Part shown: in pieces, positions 14,158-24,848 of the stretch
How positions within the stretch are numbered: position 1 is the stretch's first letter
How the letters are laid out: every line of letters starts with the position of its first letter
Source of the DNA: a virus
Lineage: Duplodnaviria; Caudoviricetes
DNA length: 29,565 nucleotides
IMG/VR virus record: IMGVR_UViG_3300042562_000057
Coordinates: 1-29,565 of that record
Strand: one strand, 5' to 3'
The notes under the pieces: model-generated
What the model was told of the DNA's origin: nothing
Database searches by the model: none
The model's input: the letters and a program-made list of their open reading frames with translations, nothing else
Made by a program: the position numbers and the translations under genes

Positions 14158-16481
14158 TAGCGTTTCTTTTGCAAAGAGGTTAAAACTTCAGAAATAGGTC
14201 GTAAACTTTCTTGTCCTTTCCTAGCCGCACTACGAGCCGCAGCACGTTCTAATTTACCTGCAGCAACACTTCTACCATACGCCGCACCAAAAGGCGCAGC
14301 CGCAGCCCCTACAGCACCGCCGCCACCCATTCCATATGCAATACCACCGCCAATTGCACCGCCCAATGCTTGAGTTGTGCCGCTAATTAACGGATTATCG
14401 TACATATTTTTAAACTGGATTGCAGCACCTTTGTAGCCGTTATCCATACGCAAAAAGTGTCCACCGTCATTCAAGACAGTCAACGACCTAGCCATCAAGG
14501 GATCACCAGTTAGGATACGCAAAGAACGGTTGTTATCCCTAAGATACTTGCTGACCGCAGGTGCGTTCCAAAACTCGCCTTTGCCGCCAACCTCTGCAAT
14601 TCGATTTGCGAATTGTGACTTAATTTCAGCAATAGCCTTTTGAGCTTGTGGCTGCAATTCAGGTGGCATATCTTGCAAAACTTTAACCAAATGCGCCTGC
14701 TGATCCGGTGTCATCTTTTCAACAGCTTTCGGAATATCAGGGAAGGCCGTAGAACGATTGATAGGGGTCTTAGGATCGTAATCCATGATCTTAGACACGC
14801 CAACTGGATCTTCTAGCAAGTTTGCCATCTTGGTACGAATACCACGGGCTGACTCATAAATGTCAGTACCAGCAACTTTAGTTACATCGTTATCAATTGA
14901 ATCGGTCAACTTGTGAATGATTCTTGATCGGTCAGGATTCCAGTTAGAGTTAATGTATTGTCTGAGCAATTCAGACTGATCGACAGTCATTTGTTTAATA
15001 CTGCCGTCTTTATTAACTAAACCCTGCTCAGTCAAATGCGACTTAATGCCGTTTCGCAAAGATTTAAAACTGTCGTTAACAACAAAGTTAGAGTTTGTGT
15101 TTAGAAACTTTTGAAATGTGTCCGGTGCTACAGCTGGCGCACCTTGTGCGACTTCACCCGCTGCTTGATACGCACCACGCATTTGCTCGGTCAACAACGT
15201 TTTAAACGCATCAAACGGTTGTGCAATGGCTTGACCACGGTTGTACAAAGCATTTTCATCTAATCCAACGCTGCCGCCTGTTTTCTCAACGATACCGTTT
15301 GCGTAGTTTCGCAACGCCTGTTGTTCGGTCGCTATCTGTTGATTAAACAAATCTCTGTTCGGGCCACTAGTCTTTGCCGTAACGTATTCGTCAGCAGTCT
15401 TAAACCCATCGCCTGTTTTAGTACCATCACGAATAGTAGGTACGCCAAGCTCTTTAACCGTCTCAACACGGTATAGCTGTTCATCAATTGGCAGCGTACC
15501 CGTCTTAGCGTACATTGGCTCAACAAAAGGATTGTCAATTGTTGGTCGTGGCGTAGTCGTTGAGTCAGGCGCAATGCGCTCTTGCAATGGGCTAGTGATA
15601 AATGGCGTGTCTTTAGGTACGTCAGGCGTGGGCTTTATGTACGACACCTCAATGCCTGGTGCTTTTGACACAACCAGTTCACCCGCAGGCGTAGCCATTG
15701 GCACTTCTGGCATAGCCGCAGCCGCTACAGGTGCTACTGGTGCTTCAGGTGTAACCGCTGCAACCGTTTCAGGCGTAACCGCACCTTCTGGGGTCATCGT
15801 AGGCTCAATGCGTGGCTGTCTAGCTTTCAATGATGCTGCATATTGGTCTTGCATTTGCGTAACGGCAGGGCTTACGCCACGACCCGCTAACGCTCGACCA
15901 GCTGCTGTGCCGCCGCCAGCAACTAGCGTACCCATCATGTTTTGAATGTCAGCAACAGGGTATCCGGTTTCTTGAGCAATGTACTCAGCACCCTTACCCA
16001 TGTTTGTGCCAATAAACTCCATGAGTTGACGAGACGCTTCGCCTTTGTACTGTGGCAAATTAGACACGCCTAATGTCTTGCCAAACGGGTCTACAAAGGG
16101 CGCAGCAGCCGCTTGTGATGTTTGTGTAGCTTGTTCAGGTGTTGCACCAAATGCTCGTGATCCTGCGTATGTAACAGGTTCAATAATGCCAGGTGCTAGA
16201 CCGCCCAAAGTTACATCTAAAAATGACGCAGCAGGCGCAATTGCACGTTGTACAGCGTTACCTTGCGGTGCTGGCTGCGGTGCTGGTGCTTGCGGTGCAG
16301 CTGATGGTTGAAACGGGATTTGAGCAAACTGTGATTGTGCTTGCTGTGGTGTTAGTGGTGCAACAGGTGGTCGTTGCAAGCCTTCTAAAAATTGCAATGC
16401 GGAATCAAAGCCCGTTGCACTTTCTTCTTTTGGCTTTTTTGACCCTGAGAGAAAATCTATTGCGCTTTGAAATTCCATCAT
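14157..16481 (-). CDS. Large DNA ejection / internal virion protein (gp16-like position, 774 aa)
   Basis: Third of three A/G/Q/P-rich genes after the neck genes, as in P22 gp7-gp20-gp16; Gly/Ala hydrophobic C-terminus. Confidence 0.7.
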   Translation of the reverse strand: MMEFQSAIDFLSGSKKPKEESATGFDSALQFLEGLQRPPVAPLTPQQAQSQFAQIPFQPSAAPQAPAPQPAPQGNAVQRAIAPAASFLDVTLGGLAPGIIEPVTYAGSRAFGATPEQATQTSQAAAAPFVDPFGKTLGVSNLPQYKGEASRQLMEFIGTNMGKGAEYIAQETGYPVADIQNMMGTLVAGGGTAAGRALAGRGVSPAVTQMQDQYAASLKARQPRIEPTMTPEGAVTPETVAAVTPEAPVAPVAAAAMPEVPMATPAGELVVSKAPGIEVSYIKPTPDVPKDTPFITSPLQERIAPDSTTTPRPTIDNPFVEPMYAKTGTLPIDEQLYRVETVKELGVPTIRDGTKTGDGFKTADEYVTAKTSGPNRDLFNQQIATEQQALRNYANGIVEKTGGSVGLDENALYNRGQAIAQPFDAFKTLLTEQMRGAYQAAGEVAQGAPAVAPDTFQKFLNTNSNFVVNDSFKSLRNGIKSHLTEQGLVNKDGSIKQMTVDQSELLRQYINSNWNPDRSRIIHKLTDSIDNDVTKVAGTDIYESARGIRTKMANLLEDPVGVSKIMDYDPKTPINRSTAFPDIPKAVEKMTPDQQAHLVKVLQDMPPELQPQAQKAIAEIKSQFANRIAEVGGKGEFWNAPAVSKYLRDNNRSLRILTGDPLMARSLTVLNDGGHFLRMDNGYKGAAIQFKNMYDNPLISGTTQALGGAIGGGIAYGMGGGGAVGAAAAPFGAAYGRSVAAGKLERAAARSAARKGQESLRPISEVLTSLQKKR

Positions 16482-18172
16482 AACTGTCCGGTTGTGCTTA
16501 ACTTTTGCAAGTTACGCAATTTCTGAGCCATTTCAGATTTCTGCTTATCATTTAAGCCGCCAAACAATTTAACTCTTGCAGCTTGGCGTTGTTCAGGACT
16601 CATCGAGCTGTTTTCAATGTTAACCAATTCAAACAATCTTGAATCAGCATTTTTAGACCATTGCTGACGGTAATCATTTAAGTTAGCAGCACCAAACTTG
16701 CGAGAGAATTCCTGTGCGCCACGGGCTTGCATATCTAAGTTTGTCATGTCTGACATTGCTCGCCTTGCAATATCTTTCAAAATAACTGGTGGGTATGTTT
16801 CATCACCGTTAGCCATCTTTGTTAATTGCTGACCCGCAACGGTATCCATTGACCCGCCTGCCGCAGTGATGTTTGAAATCGCAACGTTAGCCAAGTCTTT
16901 GTTAAGTTGTTTTAGCGTAATGCCTGTTTCTGTACCAAAGAATTCGTTAAGTTTTCGTGCGCCTGCGCCTAAAAATCCTGCGTTATCAACTTTGAATCCA
17001 AGCAAACTAAGATTCTTTTCAACCTTGTCTGCTTCAGAAATTACTTCTTCAAGATTTCTACGGTTAGTGACTAAATTGCCTTGATTCTTTATCAACGAAT
17101 TGCGATATAAATTACCTGCCGCTTCGTCTGCAACTTCTGAAGCCAACACTTGTCGAGCTTCGCCTGCCTTGCGAACCGGATACGATAATTTAAAGCCTGC
17201 GCCTGTTGATACAGGTTGTGACATTTGATCGGCACTTACGCCTGTTTGTGGTGGTAACGGTGCGCCTTGTGTTGCTGGCGGTGGTGTAACAGGGAAAGGC
17301 TGCGCCGTGCCAAGTGTTTTATCAATTGGCTTGTTCATAGGATCGTATTCTTGCGGCATGGCTTTCATGTCAACAACTTGACCTGACGCATCACGCACCG
17401 CAGCATCAAATACGACCTTACCGCTTGCATCAACAATCTGACCGTTATCACCAAAGAATGTGCCAGGCTTGCCCGTAGGCATACCTTTTGCAAACATATC
17501 GCCGCTTGGCGTTTGCGGCATAACTTGTTGTGATGGTGGTTCTGTTGGTTGCGTTGTAGGTTGTCCGGTAAATGGTGCAGGAGAACCAGAAGCCGTGCTT
17601 GGCCCAGACCCCGCAGGCGCAATAGGCGCAGTCCGTAATGTACCTGTGCCGCCTTGGAATGTTGCAGGTGCGCCGCCAGCTTCGGTAAGTTGTGGTGTTT
17701 GCAATGCTTGTTGGCCTTGTGCGCCCAGACCGCCTTGAATCACGTTTTTAAGAGTCTGCAAAAACCCACCAGGGTTAGACACTAAGTTAGTAATCAAAGG
17801 TGCTGTGTTCGCCTCTACTATGTGCGCTGGGATACCTTGAGCAAGCATCCGTGCTTTTGCTTGCAAGATCGTATTCATTGCAGCCATAGGATTTTTGCCT
17901 GCGTTGATGATTGCATCATCGTTTGCAAGACCGCCTGCAATATTTAACGCTAACTGTGATTGCTCGTTATTTAACTTAAAAATTGAGCTTTCTGCGCCAG
18001 TAGTGGCTTGTGATGCCATACCTTTAGCAGTTTCAATTGCATAAGGCAAGGTTTCAGTTTCACGTTGTAGACCGACAGCAGATCGCCCCAAATTCATAAT
18101 CTCTGTCATTGGAGTAATAATATTGGTTTGCGGCATTGGTCTTACTTGCAGCGCAATGGTGTTATCAGCCAT
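16478..18172 (-). CDS. DNA ejection protein (gp20-like position, 564 aa)
   Basis: Synteny; AAGGA RBS; P/Q/T-rich central linker. Confidence 0.68.
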   Translation of the reverse strand: MADNTIALQVRPMPQTNIITPMTEIMNLGRSAVGLQRETETLPYAIETAKGMASQATTGAESSIFKLNNEQSQLALNIAGGLANDDAIINAGKNPMAAMNTILQAKARMLAQGIPAHIVEANTAPLITNLVSNPGGFLQTLKNVIQGGLGAQGQQALQTPQLTEAGGAPATFQGGTGTLRTAPIAPAGSGPSTASGSPAPFTGQPTTQPTEPPSQQVMPQTPSGDMFAKGMPTGKPGTFFGDNGQIVDASGKVVFDAAVRDASGQVVDMKAMPQEYDPMNKPIDKTLGTAQPFPVTPPPATQGAPLPPQTGVSADQMSQPVSTGAGFKLSYPVRKAGEARQVLASEVADEAAGNLYRNSLIKNQGNLVTNRRNLEEVISEADKVEKNLSLLGFKVDNAGFLGAGARKLNEFFGTETGITLKQLNKDLANVAISNITAAGGSMDTVAGQQLTKMANGDETYPPVILKDIARRAMSDMTNLDMQARGAQEFSRKFGAANLNDYRQQWSKNADSRLFELVNIENSSMSPEQRQAARVKLFGGLNDKQKSEMAQKLRNLQKLSTTGQL

Positions 18173-18181
18173 GATTGTCCT

Positions 18182-19534
18182 TTATGCTACTGTGTAGGTA
18201 GGCGAGCCGCCCACCATAATGCTGCTGCCCCCGCCCACAGGCAATCCAGTTGGACTAGCCCCGCTTATTGGTGTTGATCCTGTTTGTGGCGCATATGGCC
18301 CTATTTGTAACGCTTTCTGAATTGCAGGTGATTGCAAGTAAGAATATTGCGTACCAAGCTGTCCAAGATTGCCTAACGCACCAGCGTAAATATTGGCTTG
18401 ACCAACATCACCCGCGGCCTGTGCTTGTGCTTGTCCTGTGATGCCTTGCGCCTGCGCTGTACCCATGCCTGTTGCTAAGTTAGCAATGTTTGCGCCTGTT
18501 CCTTGGTTAAAACTAGCCATTGTCTGACCAAAACCAAGTTGCTGATTACCAATCATTTGATCGTAACCTAGACCTGTATTAGCCATTGCTGTGCCATACC
18601 CAAGACCCGTTTGCGCCCCAAGAGTTTCGTAACCTAACCCTGTTTGTGCGCCTAATTGACCGTAGCCTAGACCTGTTTGTGCGCCAAGTTGACCGTAACC
18701 TAACCCTGTTTGTGCAGATTGCCCCGTAGCTGTTTGACCAATCCCCGCAATACCTGCAAGACGGTTATAAATGTTTTGTTGTTGACCTGTAAAACGGTTG
18801 TAAGCGTTTTGATACCCCGTGTTGGCATAATCTTCGGCAAACTTAGTAGCTGCTCGATCAATGTTAGAGCCGCCGCCCCCGACGTTCATGCCTTGACGGA
18901 TTGCGCCAAGACCTTGTTGCTTCATAAACTCGTAGCCAGGATCTAGGTTTGCTTTAAACTGCTCTGGCCCAAAAGTTTGTTGAAAATACGGCAGTTGCTG
19001 ACTAATCGCACCAACGCCTTGTTGCCCCACTTGCATATAGGGTTGAAACGTTTGAGCCGCCTCGCCACGTTGTTCGCCAATTGTTGCTAAAGCGTCTGAA
19101 CGTTGAGCGTTAATTACGTTTAAAGCAGCGTCTTTTGATCCGTAAATGCGAGCCAATGCGTCGGTACGTTGATCGACAAGCGTTTGAATAGCAGAAGCTC
19201 TATCCCGCTGACCACGGTTAATAGCATCAGTTTGAGCGTTTTGCAGCTCAATAATCTGCTGCGCCCGCATCTTTTGCATATCTTCAATTTGTTGCGATGC
19301 AATGCGTTGTTGTGCTGCTGCCGCATTTGCTGCTGCGTTAGCTTGAGTTTTAGACGCAGATTTAGACGCTTGACCACCGATAACAGAACCGAGTAGGTTA
19401 GCCCCAGCTGACGCAGCAATTGCAGTTGTTGGATCACGCAATTCACGGTATGCTGCGCCACCCGTCGGATCGCCGACTGGATGTTCGCTAGACATTGCCC
19501 GTGTTTGTTTTCGGCTGAGATAAACTTTAAACAT
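18182..19534 (-). CDS. DNA transfer/pilot protein (gp7-like)
   Basis: Ala/Gly/Gln-rich; FQPYMQVG and DPGYEF..QQG...GG motifs typical of pilot proteins; likely start ATG 19534 after GGGAG. Confidence 0.78.
   Translation of the reverse strand: MFKVYLSRKQTRAMSSEHPVGDPTGGAAYRELRDPTTAIAASAGANLLGSVIGGQASKSASKTQANAAANAAAAQQRIASQQIEDMQKMRAQQIIELQNAQTDAINRGQRDRASAIQTLVDQRTDALARIYGSKDAALNVINAQRSDALATIGEQRGEAAQTFQPYMQVGQQGVGAISQQLPYFQQTFGPEQFKANLDPGYEFMKQQGLGAIRQGMNVGGGGSNIDRAATKFAEDYANTGYQNAYNRFTGQQQNIYNRLAGIAGIGQTATGQSAQTGLGYGQLGAQTGLGYGQLGAQTGLGYETLGAQTGLGYGTAMANTGLGYDQMIGNQQLGFGQTMASFNQGTGANIANLATGMGTAQAQGITGQAQAQAAGDVGQANIYAGALGNLGQLGTQYSYLQSPAIQKALQIGPYAPQTGSTPISGASPTGLPVGGGSSIMVGGSPTYTVA
18520..18720 (-). 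repeat. 33-bp (11-aa) tandem coding repeat
   Basis: AQTGLGYGQLG x2, AQTGLGYETLG, AQTGLGYGTAM, ANTGLGYDQMI, degenerating further; DNA unit CCTGTTTGTGCGCC recurs at 33-bp spacing. Confidence 0.85.
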
Positions 19535-19892
19535 AATGACTCCCGTCACACTTCAATAAGATTTTATCGCTATCTTGCCCAGATTCAACAAATCCAAGCC
19601 GTTTACAGAAATTTAAACCGTTTATATTGTCTTTTTTTACCGTTGTAACCACAAAACCATGCTTTTCAAACAATGGCTTTAATACCGCCTTAATATTGCC
19701 CCGAATACTTGCCGTGGGCTTTTCAGCAAATCCAACATGAATTTCATTGCCTTTGACCATTACCCCACCAAATAACTTGCCTCGCTGTATTACAGGGATT
19801 ATTTCCCATTCTTTTACCGCTTCACTAAACTCATCAAATCCAAATGGCAATCTATTTTCTACAGATTTATAGATCATAAATAGTGCGCTCAT
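19527..19892 (-). CDS. GNAT-fold protein (P22 gp14-like position)
   Basis: EIHV...TTV...[19 protein letters not shown]-terminal motif; immediately upstream of the pilot gene. Confidence 0.72.
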   Translation of the reverse strand: MSALFMIYKSVENRLPFGFDEFSEAVKEWEIIPVIQRGKLFGGVMVKGNEIHVGFAEKPTASIRGNIKAVLKPLFEKHGFVVTTVKKDNINGLNFCKRLGFVESGQDSDKILLKCDGSHYV

Positions 19893-21226
19893 ACGCTGAT
19901 ATTGTTAATTACCGTCATAATGATTGCTGGTATTGCAGGAACTGGTGCAGCCGCTGCCGATGCGGGCATAATGCAACCCGTATCTTCCGCAGACCACATT
20001 AGCTCAAAATAACTATTAGCCGACAAGTTATAAACAAAGTTCCATGCCGCAACAGTCGCAGCATTTGAGCCAGATAATGTAACTTCTGTTGCTGAGTTAG
20101 TTACATCAACATCATTAATACGAGGCCATATATAAAGGCTTTTAGCAGTTGCACTTGTTTTATCAAGTTGGCAAGAAAACTGAAAGTTGTACACACCATC
20201 AGCCGATACCGTTAATCTTGATTGCTTAGTTGCTGAAATCGTTGTGCTTAAAACAGTTTGTGATTTATCTAACGTATAAGTACCAACACCGCCCGATCCA
20301 GATACAAACGCAACAATCCGAGTTCCAACAGTCACGCCTGTTCCGCTAATGACTTGTCCAATCGACAATGTGCCGCTTGTGACCGCTGTGACAGTCAACA
20401 CAAATAGTGCAATGCTGCCCGTTACCACCGCAGCAGTCGTTGCAACTGTCACGCCATTGCTCAAGTCTGTTGTATCAAAATTAAGTGGATACGCCGTATT
20501 GATGATGCCAACGGTTTCAGTTGTTGTATTGTAAAACGTGCCATATTTAGGATTCTTCCAACTAGGCACACCCGTTGAAGTCATCGCTAAATAGGAGTTG
20601 GCTGTTGGCTTCGCTAATTTAGACAAAGTGTTTGCAGCAGACGCATACAAAATATCGCCAGTAGCGTAACTGGTTAGTCCTGTGCCACCGTAGACCGTGC
20701 CGATTGTTGTGGCGTTCCATGTACCAACAGTCAGCGTTCCAACGCCTGTGATGCCTGTATACGAGCCTGAGATACGAGCCGATGCAATCGTGCCGCTGGT
20801 AATCTGACTTGCAGCAATTGCAATCGCTACTGATCCCGCAACCGTCAATTGACCTTGAGCGTTTACAGTTAAAGTCGTAACAGACGATGCAGAACCGTAA
20901 GAGCCAGCCGTGACACCTGTGTTTGTAATTCTAGGCGTAATTGACCCAGCAGCGTTTGTAATCGTTAACCCAGTACCCGCCGTTAATGTGCTTAAAGTGT
21001 AATCCGTACCATTACCGATCAATAATTGACCATTTGTAGGGATTGTCGATAAACCTGTTCCCCCGTACTGAACATCTAACGGCAAATCCAAAACTACATT
21101 TGAAACATTAAGAGTAGCAGCCGTAAGTGTTTGAACGTCAGGGTTTTGCAGCCATTGCGTCCATTCTCTTGCAGGTCTGCCCATAGGATCTAAAAATGGG
21201 CTTTGCGGAAAGATAATATTAGCCAT
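19889..21226 (-). CDS. Tail needle/fibre-like protein (445 aa)
   Basis: Follows the gp10-like gene; [14 protein letters not shown]-terminus; YGGTG fibre repeats; C1q/BclA-like C-terminus ([11 protein letters not shown]...YFELMW). Confidence 0.7.
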   Translation of the reverse strand: MANIIFPQSPFLDPMGRPAREWTQWLQNPDVQTLTAATLNVSNVVLDLPLDVQYGGTGLSTIPTNGQLLIGNGTDYTLSTLTAGTGLTITNAAGSITPRITNTGVTAGSYGSASSVTTLTVNAQGQLTVAGSVAIAIAASQITSGTIASARISGSYTGITGVGTLTVGTWNATTIGTVYGGTGLTSYATGDILYASAANTLSKLAKPTANSYLAMTSTGVPSWKNPKYGTFYNTTTETVGIINTAYPLNFDTTDLSNGVTVATTAAVVTGSIALFVLTVTAVTSGTLSIGQVISGTGVTVGTRIVAFVSGSGGVGTYTLDKSQTVLSTTISATKQSRLTVSADGVYNFQFSCQLDKTSATAKSLYIWPRINDVDVTNSATEVTLSGSNAATVAAWNFVYNLSANSYFELMWSAEDTGCIMPASAAAAPVPAIPAIIMTVINNISV

Positions 21227-22761
21227 TAGTTGTCACCACTAGAGGCTTTTAAATTAGCACTCACAATCACAGCCTTAACCGGATCAGTCACCACAACTTC
21301 AAAGATTCGATCTCGTGCGTAACCTAATCTGCGCCACATTGCACGATTCTTATATGCGCCAATCTGTCCAATGCTTGTCCAATGCTCGTTTGAATAAGTC
21401 GATCCACCGTCATTTGACCAACGCAACATAGCTTGTGGGTCAACGCCAGAGGTAAATATTCCTGTTCCGACAATAGCAACGCCAGCAACCGCTACCCCTG
21501 CAATTGCCGCATAGGGATTTATATTATTTACTAAACCAACGCCAGGCTGAAACTGAATCTGTAATTCGTGAAAATAAAACCTTTGCAAGTCAGATACTAA
21601 ATGTGGGCAACGCCGCACTCGACGAATTGTGTTGCCGTTATCTGTGTAAACCTCTAGGTTAACTTCGTAAATTGACCCGTTTTCATAGTCACCAACAAGG
21701 TTTTCACCATTAAAGAAAGCACCGCAATTAGCCCTGTGACGATGAAACTCACCGTTTTCCCAAGACAGCCACTTGTGCCAGAGCTTAGTTGAATAATCAA
21801 AAACCCACGTTAAGTCAGCAGTTGGAAATGTAACAACGTACATTTCATGTCCCATGAGCTGCTGCGTAAAGGCTATAGCGTCTCCAACGTAAACATCTTG
21901 CAAAGTATTTTCAACCGCATGAGTTGATAGTCGAATGTACTGATAACCTTGAATCATGCCAATCGTGGCAGTCCCTCGATCATCACGACCAACAAACATA
22001 ATTGATTCGTCAAATCGAGCTACTGAAAACGGTGCAGCAACGCCGTGTTGCATCATTGCGCCGCTAATTCTTTGAAACGGAAAAGTTGTAATCGACGGTA
22101 TTGTGCCGCCAACGTCTACCCATGTTTCCGTAGTCTTTTCGCCAAGCAAATAAACTTGTCGATGATCGCAAATCAAACTAACAATAGGATCAGGTGCGCC
22201 ATTTTTTGATCCGTATAACGCCGCAGTAGATAATCGAGAATCTAAGTCTGTGTTTGCCCAGTTTTGTGTGCCTGGTTGATTGTAGACAACGTACCCATCA
22301 ATTGTGTCGCAAATCGTAGCCCCTTGCCATGCCCCGTCTGTGGCTGGTAAAATCGCAAACGTATTAGTTGCTGCAATCCATGTATATCTGTTTACACCGT
22401 CGACAAGATAAGCCGTAAGTCCACTACCCGTCATTATGTTGTCGGTAATGGATACGGGATTTGTGGTTGTGGTAAGCGTACCGATTAAAGTAGCCTGCCA
22501 AGATGTATTGATTGAATAAACATTTGCACCTGCAACTGCAATTAAATACTGTCCACCAGATAATGCTCGCATCCCTCGAACTGGTGCATTTGCTAACTGT
22601 GTTCGTTGAACAAGCCCCGCCGTAGGATACAAGGCAATAACGCCTCGTTCCTCTTTTGGCTTCATTGGGTCAATTTCAGGAAAAAAGTTAATACATTCCT
22701 GTGCATCTTGATAGATACTAGGTGCTTCGTAGCTTGGCCCAACAAACCCAAAATCAGGCAT
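21226..22761 (-). CDS. P22 gp10-like packaged-DNA stabilization (tail hub) protein
   Basis: [21 protein letters not shown]-like LSTHAVE, GHEMYV..FP...TW..D.....[21 protein letters not shown]. Confidence 0.9.
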   Translation of the reverse strand: MPDFGFVGPSYEAPSIYQDAQECINFFPEIDPMKPKEERGVIALYPTAGLVQRTQLANAPVRGMRALSGGQYLIAVAGANVYSINTSWQATLIGTLTTTTNPVSITDNIMTGSGLTAYLVDGVNRYTWIAATNTFAILPATDGAWQGATICDTIDGYVVYNQPGTQNWANTDLDSRLSTAALYGSKNGAPDPIVSLICDHRQVYLLGEKTTETWVDVGGTIPSITTFPFQRISGAMMQHGVAAPFSVARFDESIMFVGRDDRGTATIGMIQGYQYIRLSTHAVENTLQDVYVGDAIAFTQQLMGHEMYVVTFPTADLTWVFDYSTKLWHKWLSWENGEFHRHRANCGAFFNGENLVGDYENGSIYEVNLEVYTDNGNTIRRVRRCPHLVSDLQRFYFHELQIQFQPGVGLVNNINPYAAIAGVAVAGVAIVGTGIFTSGVDPQAMLRWSNDGGSTYSNEHWTSIGQIGAYKNRAMWRRLGYARDRIFEVVVTDPVKAVIVSANLKASSGDN

Positions 22762-22770
22762 TTCGACCCC

Positions 22771-23571
22771 TTATGCGCTTACAACTTTAATCACAGCGAA
22801 TCGAATCACAACAGCTTCAGCAAGTGCGCCAGCAGTCCAATTGCTTACATTAATTGATGCTGACCCAGCCGCCGTGGAAGCATTAAATATATATGCCCCT
22901 AATGTGCCGCCTGATATATGGTTCATTACGATAATATCGCCAGCCTCAATTGTGCTGTTTGTTAGCGTAAACGAAACAACTGTTGCCGCCGAAAGACTAG
23001 CAGCATCCATCGTAATCTGACCGTTTGACTTATCTAACGTGACACCCGTTGATTTGCTACTTGATTGAACAACAGCACCGCCTGAACCTGTGGCGTAGCC
23101 TTGTTTACCTGCGCCAGTAATGGTTTGGTTGCCAGTAGTATTTAAACTAGTACCAGTTGCAGCACCCAATACTGGCGTAACCATCACCATAGAAGTACTA
23201 GTACACGCTGAGATATTGCCTGATGCAACCGTGCCTAAAACAGGTGCTGTCAATGTTGGCGTTGTAATTGTTGGTGCGGTAGCAAACACCGCTGAACCCG
23301 TGCCAGTTTCATCTGTTAACGCAGCTCGCAAGTTTGCACTTGATGGAGTTGTTAGAAAGGTAGCAACACCTGTACCTAGACCTGAAACCCCCGACGCTAC
23401 AGGCAAACCTGTGCAGTTAGTCAACGTTCCAGACGCAGGTGTTCCTAACGTTGGCGTAACAAGTTGCACGTTATTGGTTTGAAATATACCGTTGTAAACA
23501 ACGTTATTTGCATCGTTTAACCAAGGTGCTTCAATGACGGTTACGCCATCAACAAATGTTGTAGTAGTCAT
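22771..23571 (-). CDS. Fibre-like virion protein
   Basis: IEAPWLND.N N-terminus; TPTLGTPASG and LTDETGTGSAVFAT repeats; C-terminal KSTGVTL...GQITM domain; start MTTTTF 23571 after AGGA. Confidence 0.72.
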   Translation of the reverse strand: MTTTTFVDGVTVIEAPWLNDANNVVYNGIFQTNNVQLVTPTLGTPASGTLTNCTGLPVASGVSGLGTGVATFLTTPSSANLRAALTDETGTGSAVFATAPTITTPTLTAPVLGTVASGNISACTSTSMVMVTPVLGAATGTSLNTTGNQTITGAGKQGYATGSGGAVVQSSSKSTGVTLDKSNGQITMDAASLSAATVVSFTLTNSTIEAGDIIVMNHISGGTLGAYIFNASTAAGSASINVSNWTAGALAEAVVIRFAVIKVVSA

Positions 23572-23579
23572 TTCAATCC

Positions 23580-24548
23580 TTAATAAAATCCGCCACTTAA
23601 TATCCAACCAGCATCTTTAGCCTTGCCCGTTATCAATACATCATCGTATCGGGCAACAGGTGCAGGCTTCATATTAGTGCGTTTGAGCGTTGCTTTAGAT
23701 TGTGCCGACAAAGCGTTAATCATTGCAATCTGAGTGGTATTGGTCTTTCCGTACATTGGCATGAGCCGTTCCGCTAGACACCAACGTAGACACATATTAA
23801 AGCCAGGAGGCAAGTTAATCGTGTTGGTCAACGTCATAAACTTGGCAAACTGTGTATCGCAAAATAAGTGCAACTCACCCTGACTTGGGTTAGGCCATAC
23901 AAAGATGTTGCCTAGCAGCTCTGTTGGTTGGTAATAAATTGCTTTAGGCCACGGGCCTGACAACGTTTTCAATCCAATCATCTCGTACTGGTCAATCCCC
24001 AAAACCGCAACGGGATAATCTAAACCCCCGTTAATGATTGGCACACCATTAGAGTTTGTGTTGATTCTGACAAACGCAGAGTTAATGCTTGTAGGACGTT
24101 GATAATAAGCGTTTATAGACGTACTAGCCGCCGTTTGCGATAGGCTGACTGTGTAAGTACCAATCTCGTTAACGTTGCCGCCTGCGCCCGTTAAAAAGCC
24201 CGTGATCGTTGTGCCTGCTGTAATCCCTGTGCCGCTTAATGTCTGCCCGACAGCAATCGCACCCGACGCAATAGCTGTCACGGTCAAAGTCGTACCGGAA
24301 ATAGAACCTGTAAAGATTGCGCCGACCTGACCGCCTGGGCCAATCGTGTACTGAGTCTGCCCAGACACTACCGGAAAGATGATCTCAGTCTGGTAATACA
24401 CCATCATGTTTTCATTTGACCATTGATCCAATAGATCATTGAGCATTTCGAAAGCATCTTGTGTTGCGTCAGCAGTAGGAGTTTCACCCGCTTCAAGTGC
24501 GCCAATATCTTTAAGCGACCTTGAAATAATATCTAATGGCGTTGTCAT
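23580..24548 (-). CDS. P22 gp4-like head-tail adaptor with inserted beta domain
   Basis: [11 protein letters not shown]...GE.P......DA..MLND..DQW at the N-terminus and LPPG....L...LA.RL.P.YG at the C-terminus. Confidence 0.8.
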   Translation of the reverse strand: MTTPLDIISRSLKDIGALEAGETPTADATQDAFEMLNDLLDQWSNENMMVYYQTEIIFPVVSGQTQYTIGPGGQVGAIFTGSISGTTLTVTAIASGAIAVGQTLSGTGITAGTTITGFLTGAGGNVNEIGTYTVSLSQTAASTSINAYYQRPTSINSAFVRINTNSNGVPIINGGLDYPVAVLGIDQYEMIGLKTLSGPWPKAIYYQPTELLGNIFVWPNPSQGELHLFCDTQFAKFMTLTNTINLPPGFNMCLRWCLAERLMPMYGKTNTTQIAMINALSAQSKATLKRTNMKPAPVARYDDVLITGKAKDAGWILSGGFY

Positions 24549-24841
24549 TTTAAGCCCGTAAATTTAATAATGAGCAAAGCAATTGTTGTGACAATGATTG
24601 GTAGTCCAAAATCTAATATGCTTTTTATATCCCACCCACGGGATTCAAACCCACCGTACCAAGGCATATTCGCTCGTTTACCATCGTAGAACTTTTGAAT
24701 TACCCGATACTCTGCTTGAGCGTGTTCTCGGCCCACAAAAAACGCAGATCCAAAACAAGCACCCGCAAACCAATTGCCTGTGAGCAAACCAATGATTGCC
24801 ATGAATAGAAGAGCGTATGCGGGATGTTCAAGGTTTTTCAT
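24545..24841 (-). CDS. Small membrane protein
   Basis: Start MKNLEH at 24841; 2-3 TM segments; [13 protein letters not shown] motif. Confidence 0.7.
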   Translation of the reverse strand: MKNLEHPAYALLFMAIIGLLTGNWFAGACFGSAFFVGREHAQAEYRVIQKFYDGKRANMPWYGGFESRGWDIKSILDFGLPIIVTTIALLIIKFTGLK

Positions 24842-24848
24842 AATGCGC

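Noticed and set aside
18520-18720. 33-bp periodic repeats as a CRISPR array
   Set aside because: In-frame coding tandem repeats with no unique spacers.
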